Source: Syntrophales bacterium
GTDB taxonomy: Bacteria; Desulfobacterota; Syntrophia; Syntrophales; Fen-1087
Assembly: GCA_034678725.1 (NCBI GenBank)
Contig: JAXDBM010000049.1
Coordinates: forward strand, 10,878 to 74,877
Direction: 5' to 3'
DNA: 64,000 nt
Made by a program: the position numbers and the translations under genes. Shown here one piece after another: positions 1 through 8,835 of the stretch. The notes beneath the pieces are model-generated. The model was not told the DNA's origin. It did not search any database and worked only from the letters and a program-made list of their open reading frames with translations. Position 1 is the first letter of the stretch, and every line of letters starts with the position of its first letter.

Positions 1-738
1 CCCCTGCCGGTCCAGGATGCATCGGAAAAGCCCGAGCCGCTCCGCATCGAGGGCGCCTACAATTTTCTGCTGCTGGCCGGCGTGGTGGGCGTGATCCTCA
101 TCAGCGGCTACTGGCGGCCCGGCCACCTGTCCGTTTTCGGCGTTGAGATGCACTACCAGAACATGCTTCGGGACGGCGCGATCGTCGCCCTGGGCCTCCT
201 GTCCCTCTACCTGACCCCGCAGCGCCTGCGGAAGGCCAACGAGTTCAGTTGGGGGCCGATTCTGGAGGTGGCGAAGCTCTTTGCGGGCATTTTCATCACG
301 ATCATACCGGCTCTGGCCATTCTGAAGGCCGGCGCGCACGGGGCGATGGCGGGCCTCGTGACGGCGGTCCAGACGCCGGCCCATTACTTCTGGGCGTCGG
401 GCGGGCTGTCGTCCTTCCTGGATAATGCGCCCACCTACCTGACTTTTTTCAACATGGCCCTGGGGAAGGTCGGGATCGCCGAGTCGGCCGTGCCGGCGGC
501 ATTGGCGGCGGGTACGGCGGCGGCCAGCCCCGACTTCATCGGGTATCTCAAGGCCATCTCCGCCGGGTCGGTTTTCATGGGCGCCAACACCTACATCGGG
601 AACGCCCCGAACTTCATGGTGAAGTCCATCGCCGAGGAGGCGGGGGTGAACATGCCCAGCTTCTTCGGCTACATGTTCAAGTATTCCATACCGATCCTGA
701 TTCCGGTTTTCATTCTGGTGACGTTCATCTTTTTTTAA
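1..738 (+). CDS. NhaD/ArsB-like (ion-transporter superfamily) Na+/H+ antiporter family permease, C-terminal part; the 5' end lies outside the window
   Basis: Frame 1 is open from nt 1 (PLPVQDASEKPEPLRIEGAYNFLLLAGVVGV...) into ORF 82..738. The sequence is polytopic and hydrophobic, with GGLSSFLDNAPTYLTF and GANTYIGNAPNFMV motifs typical of this fold. Confidence 0.7.
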   Translation, partial: PLPVQDASEKPEPLRIEGAYNFLLLAGVVGVILISGYWRPGHLSVFGVEMHYQNMLRDGAIVALGLLSLYLTPQRLRKANEFSWGPILEVAKLFAGIFITIIPALAILKAGAHGAMAGLVTAVQTPAHYFWASGGLSSFLDNAPTYLTFFNMALGKVGIAESAVPAALAAGTAAASPDFIGYLKAISAGSVFMGANTYIGNAPNFMVKSIAEEAGVNMPSFFGYMFKYSIPILIPVFILVTFIFF

Positions 739-778
739 CCCAAATGGGCCGGGGTTTGCGGCTCCGGGAGGACATGTC

Positions 779-1366
779 ATGAACGAGCGTTATTGCGAAG
801 TGACCGTCGAAGGAAGCCTCGATCTGGTCAAGGGATTTGTCGCGGGGTTCCTGGAGGGGCGGGGCGTTTCGGGCGACGTCTTTTTCGGCAGCGACTACCA
901 CATCGAGAAAGAGAATCCGGCGGGCCTGCTCATGCGGCTGACGGGAATTCGGGGCGAGACCTGCACGCTGGTCGTCGGGACTGGGCTCCACGAACTCCTT
1001 GCCGCGGCCCTGGAGAGGCGGCGGGGCATCGTGCCCCTGCGCATCCTGAGGGTGCGCCCGGTCGCCTCCGCCGCCTTTGACGCGTCGTTCCGGACCTATT
1101 CACGGGATGTCGGCGCGAAGCTCAGGGAACTTTTCGGCAGCCTTCCCGCGGGAGTGAGCCACGGAGAAGGGTTCGAGATGCAAGAAAAGGTCACGCCGGA
1201 GGGCAAGGGGGTCGAGGCCTACGCCCCCCTGCACGAATACGAGCTGCGCGGCCGGGGAAGGATCGAGGGCGACGTGAAAGGGGTCTTCGGGCTGTATCAC
1301 CGGCTGGAACGCTTCGAGGTCGTCGAACGGGGCGACATGGAACTGACCTGTGGCGAAGACCGGTGA
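779..1366 (+). CDS. Hypothetical soluble protein (195 aa) lying between two cation transporters
   Basis: ATG ORF with ordinary amino-acid composition. It starts 40 nt after the antiporter gene and ends 19 nt before kup. The competing ORFs (725..991 -, 793..1080 +, 1100..1462 -) are R/P/G-rich shadows. Confidence 0.6.
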   Translation: MNERYCEVTVEGSLDLVKGFVAGFLEGRGVSGDVFFGSDYHIEKENPAGLLMRLTGIRGETCTLVVGTGLHELLAAALERRRGIVPLRILRVRPVASAAFDASFRTYSRDVGAKLRELFGSLPAGVSHGEGFEMQEKVTPEGKGVEAYAPLHEYELRGRGRIEGDVKGVFGLYHRLERFEVVERGDMELTCGEDR

Positions 1367-1385
1367 AAAATGAGGCGGACGTTTC

Positions 1386-3203
1386 TTGAAGCAGCCTGAA
1401 AAAGAGTCCTTCTGGGGCGGTGTGATCAAGTCCATGGGGCTGGTCTTCGGCGACATCGGCACCAGCCCGATCTACACCCTGACCGTCATCTTCGCCCTGA
1501 CCCGGCCGACCTACGAAAACGTCCTGGGGATCCTTTCACTCGTGGTCTGGACCCTGACGATCCTCGTCACCGTCGAGTACGCCTGGCTGGCCACGAGCCT
1601 TTCCCGCAAGGGGCAGGGCGGCGAGATCGTGCTCCGGGAGATTCTGCTGTCCCACCTGAAATCCGGCCGGGCCATCGGCTTCGCGGGCGTCCTCACCTAC
1701 ATGGGCGTGTCGCTGCTCCTGGGGGACGGCGTCATCACCCCGGCGATCACGCTCCTCTCGGCGGTGGAGGGTCTGCTGATCATTCCCGGCATGGAAAATC
1801 TGAGCCAGGCGACGCTCATCGGGATCGCCGCGGCCATTGCCATCGCCCTCTTTATCGCGCAGTCCCGGGGGGCGGACCGCATTGCCGGCGCCTTCGGACC
1901 GGTCATGCTGGTATGGTTCGGCGCCCTGGCCCTGTCCGGCCTGGTCTCCCTGTCCGCCATGCCGGATATCGTCAAGGCGGTGAATCCCTGGTATGCTTTC
2001 CAGTTTTTCCAGCAGAACGGCATCGCCGCTTTCTTCGTTCTCTCGGAAGTCATTCTCTGCGCGACGGGAGGCGAGGCCCTCTACGCCGACATGGGCCATC
2101 TGGGGAGAAAGCCCATTTTACAGGCCTGGAATTTCGTTTTTGTCGCCCTGCTGATCAATTATTTCGGGCAGGGGGTCTTCGCCATCCAGCACCCGGAAGC
2201 GAAACACTTTCTGTTCGGCATGGTCCGAAGCCAGGCGCCGTTGCTGTACATCCCCTTCCTCCTGCTGACGGTCGCCGCGACGATCATCGCCTCCCAGGCC
2301 ATCATCAGCAGCGCCTTCTCCATCGTCTACCAGGGGATCACGACCCGGCTGATGCCCCTCATGAAGATCGACTACACCTCCCGCAGGCTGCAGTCGCAGA
2401 TCTACATCGGGGCCGTCAACTGGATCCTGATGATCAGTGTCATCTTCATCATGTTCCTCTTCCAGAGATCGTCGAACCTGGCGGCGGCCTACGGCATGGC
2501 GGTCACCGGCTCCATGACCATCACCAGCCTGATGATGATCATGGTCTTTTCCCGCACCACAAAGTGGAAGGTCCCCATCGCGCTTGCCGTCTGCGCGATC
2601 GATTTCGTCTACCTCGCTTCGACCTTCACGAAGCTGCCCCACGGCGCCTACTGGTCCCTGATCATCGCCTCTGTCCCCTTTTTCATCATGCTCGTCTATA
2701 CGAAGGGGCAGAAGATGCTCTTCCGGCGGCTGATGCCCCTGGACATGGAGGCCTTCCTGATCAGCTATGAGCAGGTCTACGGCAAGGGGAGAAACATCGC
2801 CGGCACGGCGCTCTTCTTCACCCGTCAGGGGAACGTCATTCCCCCCTACATCGTCCACTGCATTCTCGGCAGCAGCATCATCTACGAGAACAACATTTTC
2901 ATATCGATCACCCGGACCGAGGAGCCCTTCGGCATCGAGACCGACTACCGGCAGAACTTCGCCCCCGGGCTCCACCTCTTCGAGATCCGGGCCGGATACA
3001 TGACGGTCGTGAACATCGAAAAGCTGCTGAAGGAAAAGGGCATACAGGAAAAAATCATCTTCTACGGCGTCGAGGACATCACGACGAAGAACATCATCTG
3101 GAAGGCGTTCAGCATGATCAAGAAGCTGTCGCCGAATTTCGTGCAGTTCCACAAGCTGCCCGCCCGAAAACTGCACGGCGTCGTCACCCGGGTGGAGATG
3201 TGA
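1386..3203 (+). CDS. kup: KUP/HAK/KT family potassium uptake transporter
   Basis: GDIGTSPIYTL signature near the N-terminus, about 12 hydrophobic segments, and a C-terminal cytoplasmic domain. TTG start at 1386 with GAGGCGG 8 nt upstream; ATG 1434 is an alternative. Confidence 0.9.
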   Translation: MKQPEKESFWGGVIKSMGLVFGDIGTSPIYTLTVIFALTRPTYENVLGILSLVVWTLTILVTVEYAWLATSLSRKGQGGEIVLREILLSHLKSGRAIGFAGVLTYMGVSLLLGDGVITPAITLLSAVEGLLIIPGMENLSQATLIGIAAAIAIALFIAQSRGADRIAGAFGPVMLVWFGALALSGLVSLSAMPDIVKAVNPWYAFQFFQQNGIAAFFVLSEVILCATGGEALYADMGHLGRKPILQAWNFVFVALLINYFGQGVFAIQHPEAKHFLFGMVRSQAPLLYIPFLLLTVAATIIASQAIISSAFSIVYQGITTRLMPLMKIDYTSRRLQSQIYIGAVNWILMISVIFIMFLFQRSSNLAAAYGMAVTGSMTITSLMMIMVFSRTTKWKVPIALAVCAIDFVYLASTFTKLPHGAYWSLIIASVPFFIMLVYTKGQKMLFRRLMPLDMEAFLISYEQVYGKGRNIAGTALFFTRQGNVIPPYIVHCILGSSIIYENNIFISITRTEEPFGIETDYRQNFAPGLHLFEIRAGYMTVVNIEKLLKEKGIQEKIIFYGVEDITTKNIIWKAFSMIKKLSPNFVQFHKLPARKLHGVVTRVEM

Positions 3204-3270
3204 GCGAAATGGCCGTCGGCCTGAACCCGAAAGATTCAGACCGGAATCGGCATTTCAGGGAGGTTTACAG

Positions 3271-3579
3271 ATGGGGGATCGTTCCGACGCAAAGGAAGCA
3301 AAGGGGATGTCGCCGCTGATGATCGAAAAGATCGACCGGGTCCTCGAGCGGGTCAAGGACCCGGAGAGCGGGCTGCCCGTTTCCCGGCTTGGCCTGGTGA
3401 AGCGGTTCCGCTACAGCGAGCGCGAAAAAAAAATCTTCGTCTTCACCGACGTCTACCCGCACCTGCCCAAATGCGTCACCTGCGCCGCGATTGCCCGGAC
3501 GATCGTCTCCGCCATCATTCGGGACCTGACGGCGGAGCTGGAGCGCGAGTTTCCCGAGCTGAGCGTGGAGTTCGTCTGA
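3271..3579 (+). CDS. Small DUF59/MIP18-like protein (putative metal-sulfur cluster assembly factor family)
   Basis: V..V.DPESGLPVSRLGLV pattern followed by a conserved Cys region (PKCVTCAAIA), as in DUF59 proteins. The start is ambiguous (3271 or MSPLM at 3307). Confidence 0.55.
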   Translation: MGDRSDAKEAKGMSPLMIEKIDRVLERVKDPESGLPVSRLGLVKRFRYSEREKKIFVFTDVYPHLPKCVTCAAIARTIVSAIIRDLTAELEREFPELSVEFV

Positions 3580-3581
3580 TC

Positions 3582-4100
3582 TCAGAAGAACTTCCCGAAG
3601 GTCAGGCCCGCGTACATCGGGTCGTGGTTGGCCCGAAGGGTGCGCACCATGACCATGTGGAATTTTTCCTCCTTGGCGATCTTCTCGAAGAACTTTTTCT
3701 GGTCCCGGTCGCGGGACAGCTTGGCCAGCTCGGAGTAAAGAAGGATGGCGTTCTTTTCCGCCGCCATTGCGATCGCGCAGGCCTGGCCCACCGTCTCGAC
3801 CTTCTCCAGCCGTCTGTCCACCGTTTCGCCTTTGGGGAACAACCCATCCTGGACGATCGCTTCGAGATAGTCGTCGATTTCCGGGTTGCGCAGGGTCTGG
3901 TCGGTTCCCTTGAGTTCCGCCTGGACCTTGAAGTCCGAGAAGATCCGGAGATGGTTTGCCTCTTCCTTGGCGAGGTTCGTGAAGAGCTTCTTCAGGTCTT
4001 CCGCGTCGAACTTCTTTGCCGCCTTCGTGTAGAAGGCCATGCCGTCCTTTTCCGCCTTGATCGCAAAATCGAACACATCCAGTTTCTCGCGCTTTGCCAT
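3582..4100 (-). CDS. Rubrerythrin/ferritin-like di-iron domain protein without a rubredoxin domain
   Basis: Two ExxH motifs (EEANH, EEKFH) plus paired upstream Glu in a four-helix-type sequence. Convergent with 3271..3579, with 2 nt between the stops. Confidence 0.75.
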   Translation of the reverse strand: MAKREKLDVFDFAIKAEKDGMAFYTKAAKKFDAEDLKKLFTNLAKEEANHLRIFSDFKVQAELKGTDQTLRNPEIDDYLEAIVQDGLFPKGETVDRRLEKVETVGQACAIAMAAEKNAILLYSELAKLSRDRDQKKFFEKIAKEEKFHMVMVRTLRANHDPMYAGLTFGKFF

Positions 4101-4204
4101 GGTCTGCCCTCCTCATGTGCTGTCTGGGTTGATTTTTCGCGTAAACCGCCGCCCGAACATTTCTATCATGAAGCGGCGCCTTCCTCCCTGTCAAGAAAAA
4201 ACGG

Positions 4205-4573
4205 CTAATATACGGACTTTCTCCCTTCGAGAAGGCCCTTTTCCGTCTCCGGCTTCCCTTTGCACTCGGGCGGCATGGGGATCTCGTCGCCCGCCTCGCA
4301 GGGGAGGCCGCTCATGGATTTGGCCGCGCAGCGACCCGTCCGGAAACCGATCTCGTAGCAGGACAGAGCGCTTCCCGGACCGGCCGGTTTGGGCGATGCC
4401 GTCGTTGGCGCTGTTGCCGGCGCGGCCGGTTGCGCCGTTGCCTGCACGGCGGCGGGCTTGGGCTTGTCCGCCTGCGCCGGCCCCCCCTTGCCGGAATCGC
4501 CGCAGGCCGCAAAGAGCAGGCAAAGCGCCGCCAGCACGAACGGGATTGCCCGTTTCAAATTCGTTTTCTTCAT
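4205..4573 (-). CDS. Small lipoprotein (122 aa) with an Ala/Pro-rich linker and a Cys-containing C-terminal domain
   Basis: Internal ATG at 4573 of track ORF 4205..4966, with GGAGGC 8 nt upstream. Signal peptide plus lipobox: MKKTNLKRAIPFVLAALCLLFAAC. The start overlaps the upstream gene stop by 4 nt. Confidence 0.65.
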   Translation of the reverse strand: MKKTNLKRAIPFVLAALCLLFAACGDSGKGGPAQADKPKPAAVQATAQPAAPATAPTTASPKPAGPGSALSCYEIGFRTGRCAAKSMSGLPCEAGDEIPMPPECKGKPETEKGLLEGRKSVY

Positions 4574-5244
4574 TGTGATGCCTCCTGTTTGAACTGGGAT
4601 AAGAGCCAGCGGTAAACCGGCGCGAGGTCCTTCGCCACCTGCCCCTCGCGGGGGATCATGAAGATGAAGCAGCGCTTCTGCTCCGGGACAACGGCCACGT
4701 GGCGGATATTCCCCGGGTCGGGGGAGCCGCCGGCGAGCGTCCGCAACCGGTCGCGCATTTTTCCATTGCCGTAATAGAGAAGAAAACTGCTCTTCCCCCA
4801 GGTCAGCGTCTCCTGCTTCAGGCGGTCGGCGTTTGCGATCTTCGGCCCGCGGAAACGGCTGTACCCTTCTTCGATGAGATGCCCCTCGGCGCCAGGCGAC
4901 TGCCGAAGGTGAAGGGTGATGAACAGGCGGTCGTATTTGCGGATGATCTTTGAGACGGGCATCCACAGCCAGGAGTGCCTCGGCAGAAAGGTGATGGTGG
5001 CCTCCACCCCCTCCACGGGCGATTTTTTCGGCATGGCGAGTTTGGCGTGGTATCCGATCAGGCCGCCGATGTTGGTGAAGGTCTGGTCCGTCGGCTGAAC
5101 CACGGAAACGAGATCGGTAAAGGCGCTGCGGAAGATCCGCGTGTTCACCCGCTTCCCCCAGAAATAGCCGGCCCCCAGCATGAAGGAGAAGGCGAGAAAG
5201 AGATAGAAGAGGGGCTCTTTCGCCAGGTGGGCGTACTCAAACAT
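4570..5244 (-). CDS. Hypothetical N-terminally membrane-anchored protein (224 aa)
   Basis: One N-terminal TM segment (EPLFYLFLAFSFMLGAGYFWG) followed by a soluble domain. The start overlaps the ArsA-like gene end by 8 nt, and the stop overlaps the lipoprotein start. Confidence 0.65.
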   Translation of the reverse strand: MFEYAHLAKEPLFYLFLAFSFMLGAGYFWGKRVNTRIFRSAFTDLVSVVQPTDQTFTNIGGLIGYHAKLAMPKKSPVEGVEATITFLPRHSWLWMPVSKIIRKYDRLFITLHLRQSPGAEGHLIEEGYSRFRGPKIANADRLKQETLTWGKSSFLLYYGNGKMRDRLRTLAGGSPDPGNIRHVAVVPEQKRCFIFMIPREGQVAKDLAPVYRWLLSQFKQEASQ

Positions 5245-6199
5245 GGCCTGTGCCTCCGCGGTCCAGATGGGCCGTCAGGTCCTCGGCAATGCCGTAAAGG
5301 GGCGCCGGCCCGCCGAGAACGAACTCCCGGTTCAGGGCCACCGAGGTCGCGGGGACGGCGGCGCCCGCCCGGCGCTTCAGCGCGCCGGTGACGCGCTCTG
5401 CGGTGGGCCGGTTCTCTTCGGTGACCTTGTTGGCGATCAGGAGCGCCAGCGGCAGCTTGAGCTCCCGCAGCCCCTCGATGAGCCGCTCCGATTCCCGGAG
5501 CGACAGGAGATCGGGGTTGAAGACCACCACGACACCGCAATCTGCGCCCTGAAGGGTCCGGGTCAGGTCCCGGTAGTTCCCGTCAAGGGTCCTCAGGCGC
5601 TTGAGGATGTCGTCGTCCCGCTCGTCGTATTGCAGGCGGATCTCCGGGCTCTCCTCGCCTTCCTTCAGCGGTCCGCGGATCTTCTGGATCGTGTGGCGCT
5701 TGTCGAGGATCTGCCGGCGGATGGCCGTCAGACGCTCGATCCACGTGATGGTCACCTGGGGCAGGGCCAGGAACCGCAGGGTCAGCCCGGTGGGCGGCGT
5801 GTCGAAGACGATGTAATCGAAGGCTCCTTCCTCGCGAAGCGTCTTCTCGATGCTGTTCAGCAGGGCGTATTCCTCGATGCCGGGGGAGTATTTCAGGATC
5901 GAAAAGTACCGGTCCAGGTTCAGGGTCCGAAGATAGTGATAGGATTCGGACAGGACGCTGGTTTCCCGCTCCAGATAATCCCGGGACAGCTTTTTCAGGT
6001 CCACTTCCCGAAGCTGCAGGGTCGCGGAGAAGTTCCGCCTGCCGTCCACCAGCGAAACGCCGAAGACGTCCCCCAGATTGTGGGCCGGGTCCAGCGAAAC
6101 GGCCAGCACCCGCTTCCTTTGCGAGAGCTGCCAGGCGGCGGCGGCCGCCAGCGTCGATTTCCCGACGCCGCCCTTGCCGGTGAAAAATAGGATTTTCAC
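5237..6199 (-). CDS. ArsA/GET3-family P-loop ATPase (single ATPase unit, 320 aa)
   Basis: GKGGVGKST P-loop, DPAHNLGD and DTPPTGLTLRFL motifs matching the ArsA/Get3 signature DTAPTGHT. GTG start at 6199, 1 nt after the upstream ORF stop. Confidence 0.85.
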   Translation of the reverse strand: MKILFFTGKGGVGKSTLAAAAAWQLSQRKRVLAVSLDPAHNLGDVFGVSLVDGRRNFSATLQLREVDLKKLSRDYLERETSVLSESYHYLRTLNLDRYFSILKYSPGIEEYALLNSIEKTLREEGAFDYIVFDTPPTGLTLRFLALPQVTITWIERLTAIRRQILDKRHTIQKIRGPLKEGEESPEIRLQYDERDDDILKRLRTLDGNYRDLTRTLQGADCGVVVVFNPDLLSLRESERLIEGLRELKLPLALLIANKVTEENRPTAERVTGALKRRAGAAVPATSVALNREFVLGGPAPLYGIAEDLTAHLDRGGTGHV

Positions 6200-6200
6200 G

Positions 6201-6506
6201 TCAGTCGATCCCCAGGGTGCCGGCGATCTCGGCGAGCATGTCGCCGGCGTCCTCCGCCCGCCGGTGCAGGACCTGGATCTCCCGCTCCATGAAGGGAAGC
6301 AGCTCCACGGCCAGGAAACTGGGCGGCGAGGGCAGGCCCACGAAGGAGCCCAGCAGCAGCAGGGCGAAGATGTTTTCCAGCTCCTGGGCCTCCAGGCAGG
6401 TCAGGGATACGAGGTTCTCTCGCTGCAGCGCGCCGATGTCGGAGAAAATCCGGCGGCAGTAGCGGATCAGCGAAGATGTCTTCCTGTTCGATTTCGAGCG
6501 TGTCAA
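6201..6506 (-). CDS. Hypothetical small protein (101 aa), first gene of the ArsA-like operon
   Basis: This is the only ORF in the interval with non-shadow composition. TTG start, so the start is uncertain. The stop abuts the ArsA-like start. Confidence 0.45.
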   Translation of the reverse strand: MTRSKSNRKTSSLIRYCRRIFSDIGALQRENLVSLTCLEAQELENIFALLLLGSFVGLPSPPSFLAVELLPFMEREIQVLHRRAEDAGDMLAEIAGTLGID

Positions 6507-6571
6507 GCGGGTACGGACCCCTCAATTTCCACGGGAATGCAAAAGCCGAATGCGTCAGGGATGACGGCACC

Positions 6572-6609
6572 CATAAAACAGGGAGGCCCCGCCCGCGGGC
6601 GGGGCCTCC
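6572..6609 (-). terminator. Intrinsic terminator downstream of cstA
   Basis: Perfect 13-bp GC-rich hairpin GGAGGCCCCGCCC-GCG-GGGCGGGGCCTCC (6582..6609), followed on the minus strand by CTGTTTTAT. Confidence 0.6.
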
Positions 6610-6681
6610 GGAACGGCAGTTATTTTCTGCCGGGCGTCTTTCCTTGAGCGGTCGGGAAAGGCGCCGGCAGCGACAACGCGG

Positions 6682-8466
6682 TTACTGCTGCTCCTTCTTT
6701 CTCATCTTGTAGAAGTCGAAGATGAAGATGAAGTTGAGGATCAGCATGATGCCCATGATGATCTGGACCGTCCAGCCCTGGCCGGGGGCTTTGGCGATGT
6801 TGGCCGGCATGACGACGATCATGAACCAGATGATCGCACAGGTCACCGTGATCCAGAGCAGGTAGGCCGGCACGACCGCCATGACGGCGAATTTCGACTT
6901 CAGCTTCTTGGACACGAATGCCGCGCCGGTCATCAGGGCGATCGCGGCGATGAGCTGGTTCGCGGCGCCGAAGGAAGGCCACACGATGGTGAACTGCTTG
7001 CTCCAGGCGAGGTAGATTCCGATGGCCGCCGGCACCAGCGAGGCGATCCAGCGGTTCGTCAGGACGCTGTAGAGGCCCTTGGCTGCATCCTTCACGGGGG
7101 CCAGCATCTCGACAAGGCAGTACCGGGCGATGCGGTTCGTCGTATCCAGCGTCGTCAGCGCGAAGGCGGAGATCCACAGGCCGGCCAGGATCTTGACGAT
7201 CTTCGTGGGGATGAAGCTGAGGAAGCTTGCCGCCACCATGTCGGCGTAGGTCTGGACGACGAGGTTCGCCTGATCGAGTTTCAGAGACGACGATATCTTG
7301 GTGAAGAGCTCGCCCCAGTTGTCGAGCGTCAGGGCGAAAACGGGGGCTGTGAAGGCGGCGCCCGAAGCGGCGGCCTTGGCGGCGTCGGCGGCCACCTGGG
7401 CGGCGTGGCCGTTCTTCAGGGCCGTGAAGCCGAAGCCCGCGATGCCGCAGATCACGATCGTGGAGAGGAACCCCTCCGTGAACATGGAGCCGTAGCCGAT
7501 GAAGAGCCCGTCGGACTCCTTCGTGATCTGCTTGGACGATGTCCCCGAAGCCACCAGGGAGTGGAAGCCGGACAGCGACCCGCAGGCGATGATCAGCGGA
7601 ATGGCCGGCCAGAAGGGCGTCGGCTTTCCCCCGATCAGGTTGGGCGAGAACGTGGTGTAGGCGGGGATCTCGATCGCGTGGAAGGTGAAGAAGGCGGCGA
7701 TGAACCCGATGGCGATGCCGAAGTAGAGGAGCCAGGAGTTCAGGTAGTCCCGGGGCTGCAGCAGGATGTTCACCGGGATGGCCGCGGCGATGATGATGTA
7801 GATGAAGAGGATCACCAGCCAGGCCTCGAAGCTCAGGCGGACCGGGACGAGGGTTCCCAGCCAGATGGCGATGGCCATCATGACGATCCCGATGACCGTG
7901 GCGATGGGCAGGTTCATCTTCATCTGGTAGATGAGGTAGCCCAGAATGATCGCGGCGATGGTGACGAAGATCGAGGCGCCGGCGATCTCCGGCGTCTTCA
8001 CGAACATGGAGGAGATGACGGTGCCGAAGGCCGCCACGACCAGGATCAGGAGGAAGAAGACGATCCAGTAGAAGGCCGTGCCCGTCCGCTTGGAGATGAG
8101 GTCGGTGGCGACGAACTGGATGGACTTGCCGTCGTAGCGCATGGAGGCCATGAGCGCCAGGTAGTCGTGGACGGCGCCGATGAAGATGTTCCCCAGCCAG
8201 ACCCAGGCCAGGGCGGGGAGCCAGCCCCAGCACATGGCCATTGCGGGGCCGACGATGGGGCCCGCGCCCGCGATGGACGAGAAGTGATGGCCGAAGAGGA
8301 CCATTCGATGGGCCGGGACGTAGTCGATGCCGTCGTAGAGGCGCTTGGACGGGGCATCGATCTCGTCCGAGGCCCGGACAACATCCCGTTCGATCTTTTT
8401 TCCGTAGGTGAAGTACAGGCCTACGTAAAGGATGAAGCCGATGATGCCGATGATGGTGGTAGTCAT
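6682..8466 (-). CDS. cstA: Carbon starvation protein A family transporter (CstA/BtsT pyruvate-peptide transporter family)
   Basis: FGHHFSSIAGAGPIVGPAMAMCWGWLPA...GAVHDY signature in a 594-aa polytopic protein. The overlapping 6620..8233 ORF is an R/P/H-rich shadow. Confidence 0.9.
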   Translation of the reverse strand: MTTTIIGIIGFILYVGLYFTYGKKIERDVVRASDEIDAPSKRLYDGIDYVPAHRMVLFGHHFSSIAGAGPIVGPAMAMCWGWLPALAWVWLGNIFIGAVHDYLALMASMRYDGKSIQFVATDLISKRTGTAFYWIVFFLLILVVAAFGTVISSMFVKTPEIAGASIFVTIAAIILGYLIYQMKMNLPIATVIGIVMMAIAIWLGTLVPVRLSFEAWLVILFIYIIIAAAIPVNILLQPRDYLNSWLLYFGIAIGFIAAFFTFHAIEIPAYTTFSPNLIGGKPTPFWPAIPLIIACGSLSGFHSLVASGTSSKQITKESDGLFIGYGSMFTEGFLSTIVICGIAGFGFTALKNGHAAQVAADAAKAAASGAAFTAPVFALTLDNWGELFTKISSSLKLDQANLVVQTYADMVAASFLSFIPTKIVKILAGLWISAFALTTLDTTNRIARYCLVEMLAPVKDAAKGLYSVLTNRWIASLVPAAIGIYLAWSKQFTIVWPSFGAANQLIAAIALMTGAAFVSKKLKSKFAVMAVVPAYLLWITVTCAIIWFMIVVMPANIAKAPGQGWTVQIIMGIMLILNFIFIFDFYKMRKKEQQ

Positions 8467-8835
8467 GAACTTTCTCCTTTCGTTGGATGAAAAAAATTAA
8501 GATAAAGAACCGGTCCCTGCTTCGGGATTACATCTATTACATTACAGACGTGACCGGGTGGTCCGGCATCGTCTGCGTTTCCCTGACTTCCTTCAAGCTG
8601 TCCGGATTTCGCTTGCCCGGAGCTTGAAAGGACCCCGCACATGGGTGCAAATTTAGTCCCATCAAAATTGAAAGTCAATCATTTTTCCTGGCCCGCCCAT
8701 CCGCAAAGAGTTCATTTTTCTTGACTTCGAGGTTTTACGGGAGCATCATTCTGGCAAGTGAACCGGGGGCGGGGCAGGCCGTTTTCCGTGCCTATGTTCA
8801 GTTCCGCTTCGAACCTTTTCGCGGGAGGTGACAAG

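Noticed and set aside
4205-4966. A 253-aa track ORF spanning the lipoprotein gene and part of the upstream gene.
   Set aside because: Only the last 122 codons (from ATG 4573, with an RBS and a signal peptide/lipobox) look coding. The upstream 131 codons overlap gene 4570..5244 in another frame and are R/P-rich.
6620-8233. A 537-aa minus-strand ORF overlapping cstA, and similar long ORFs elsewhere: 2118..3176 -, 5243..6190 +, 10217..11692 -, 11704..13065 -, 14954..16273 -, 19928..20938 +, 21353..22618 +, 27026..28294 -, 28443..29762 -, 31440..33605 +, 38038..39906 +, 41659..42750 -, 52149..53729 +, 55463..56899 -, 56911..58785 -, 61121..62611 -.
   Set aside because: All are antisense to, or out of frame with, genes that have clear family motifs. 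Their translations are Arg/Pro/Gly/Asp/His-rich low-complexity strings typical of shadow ORFs in GC-rich DNA. None shows a recognisable domain.
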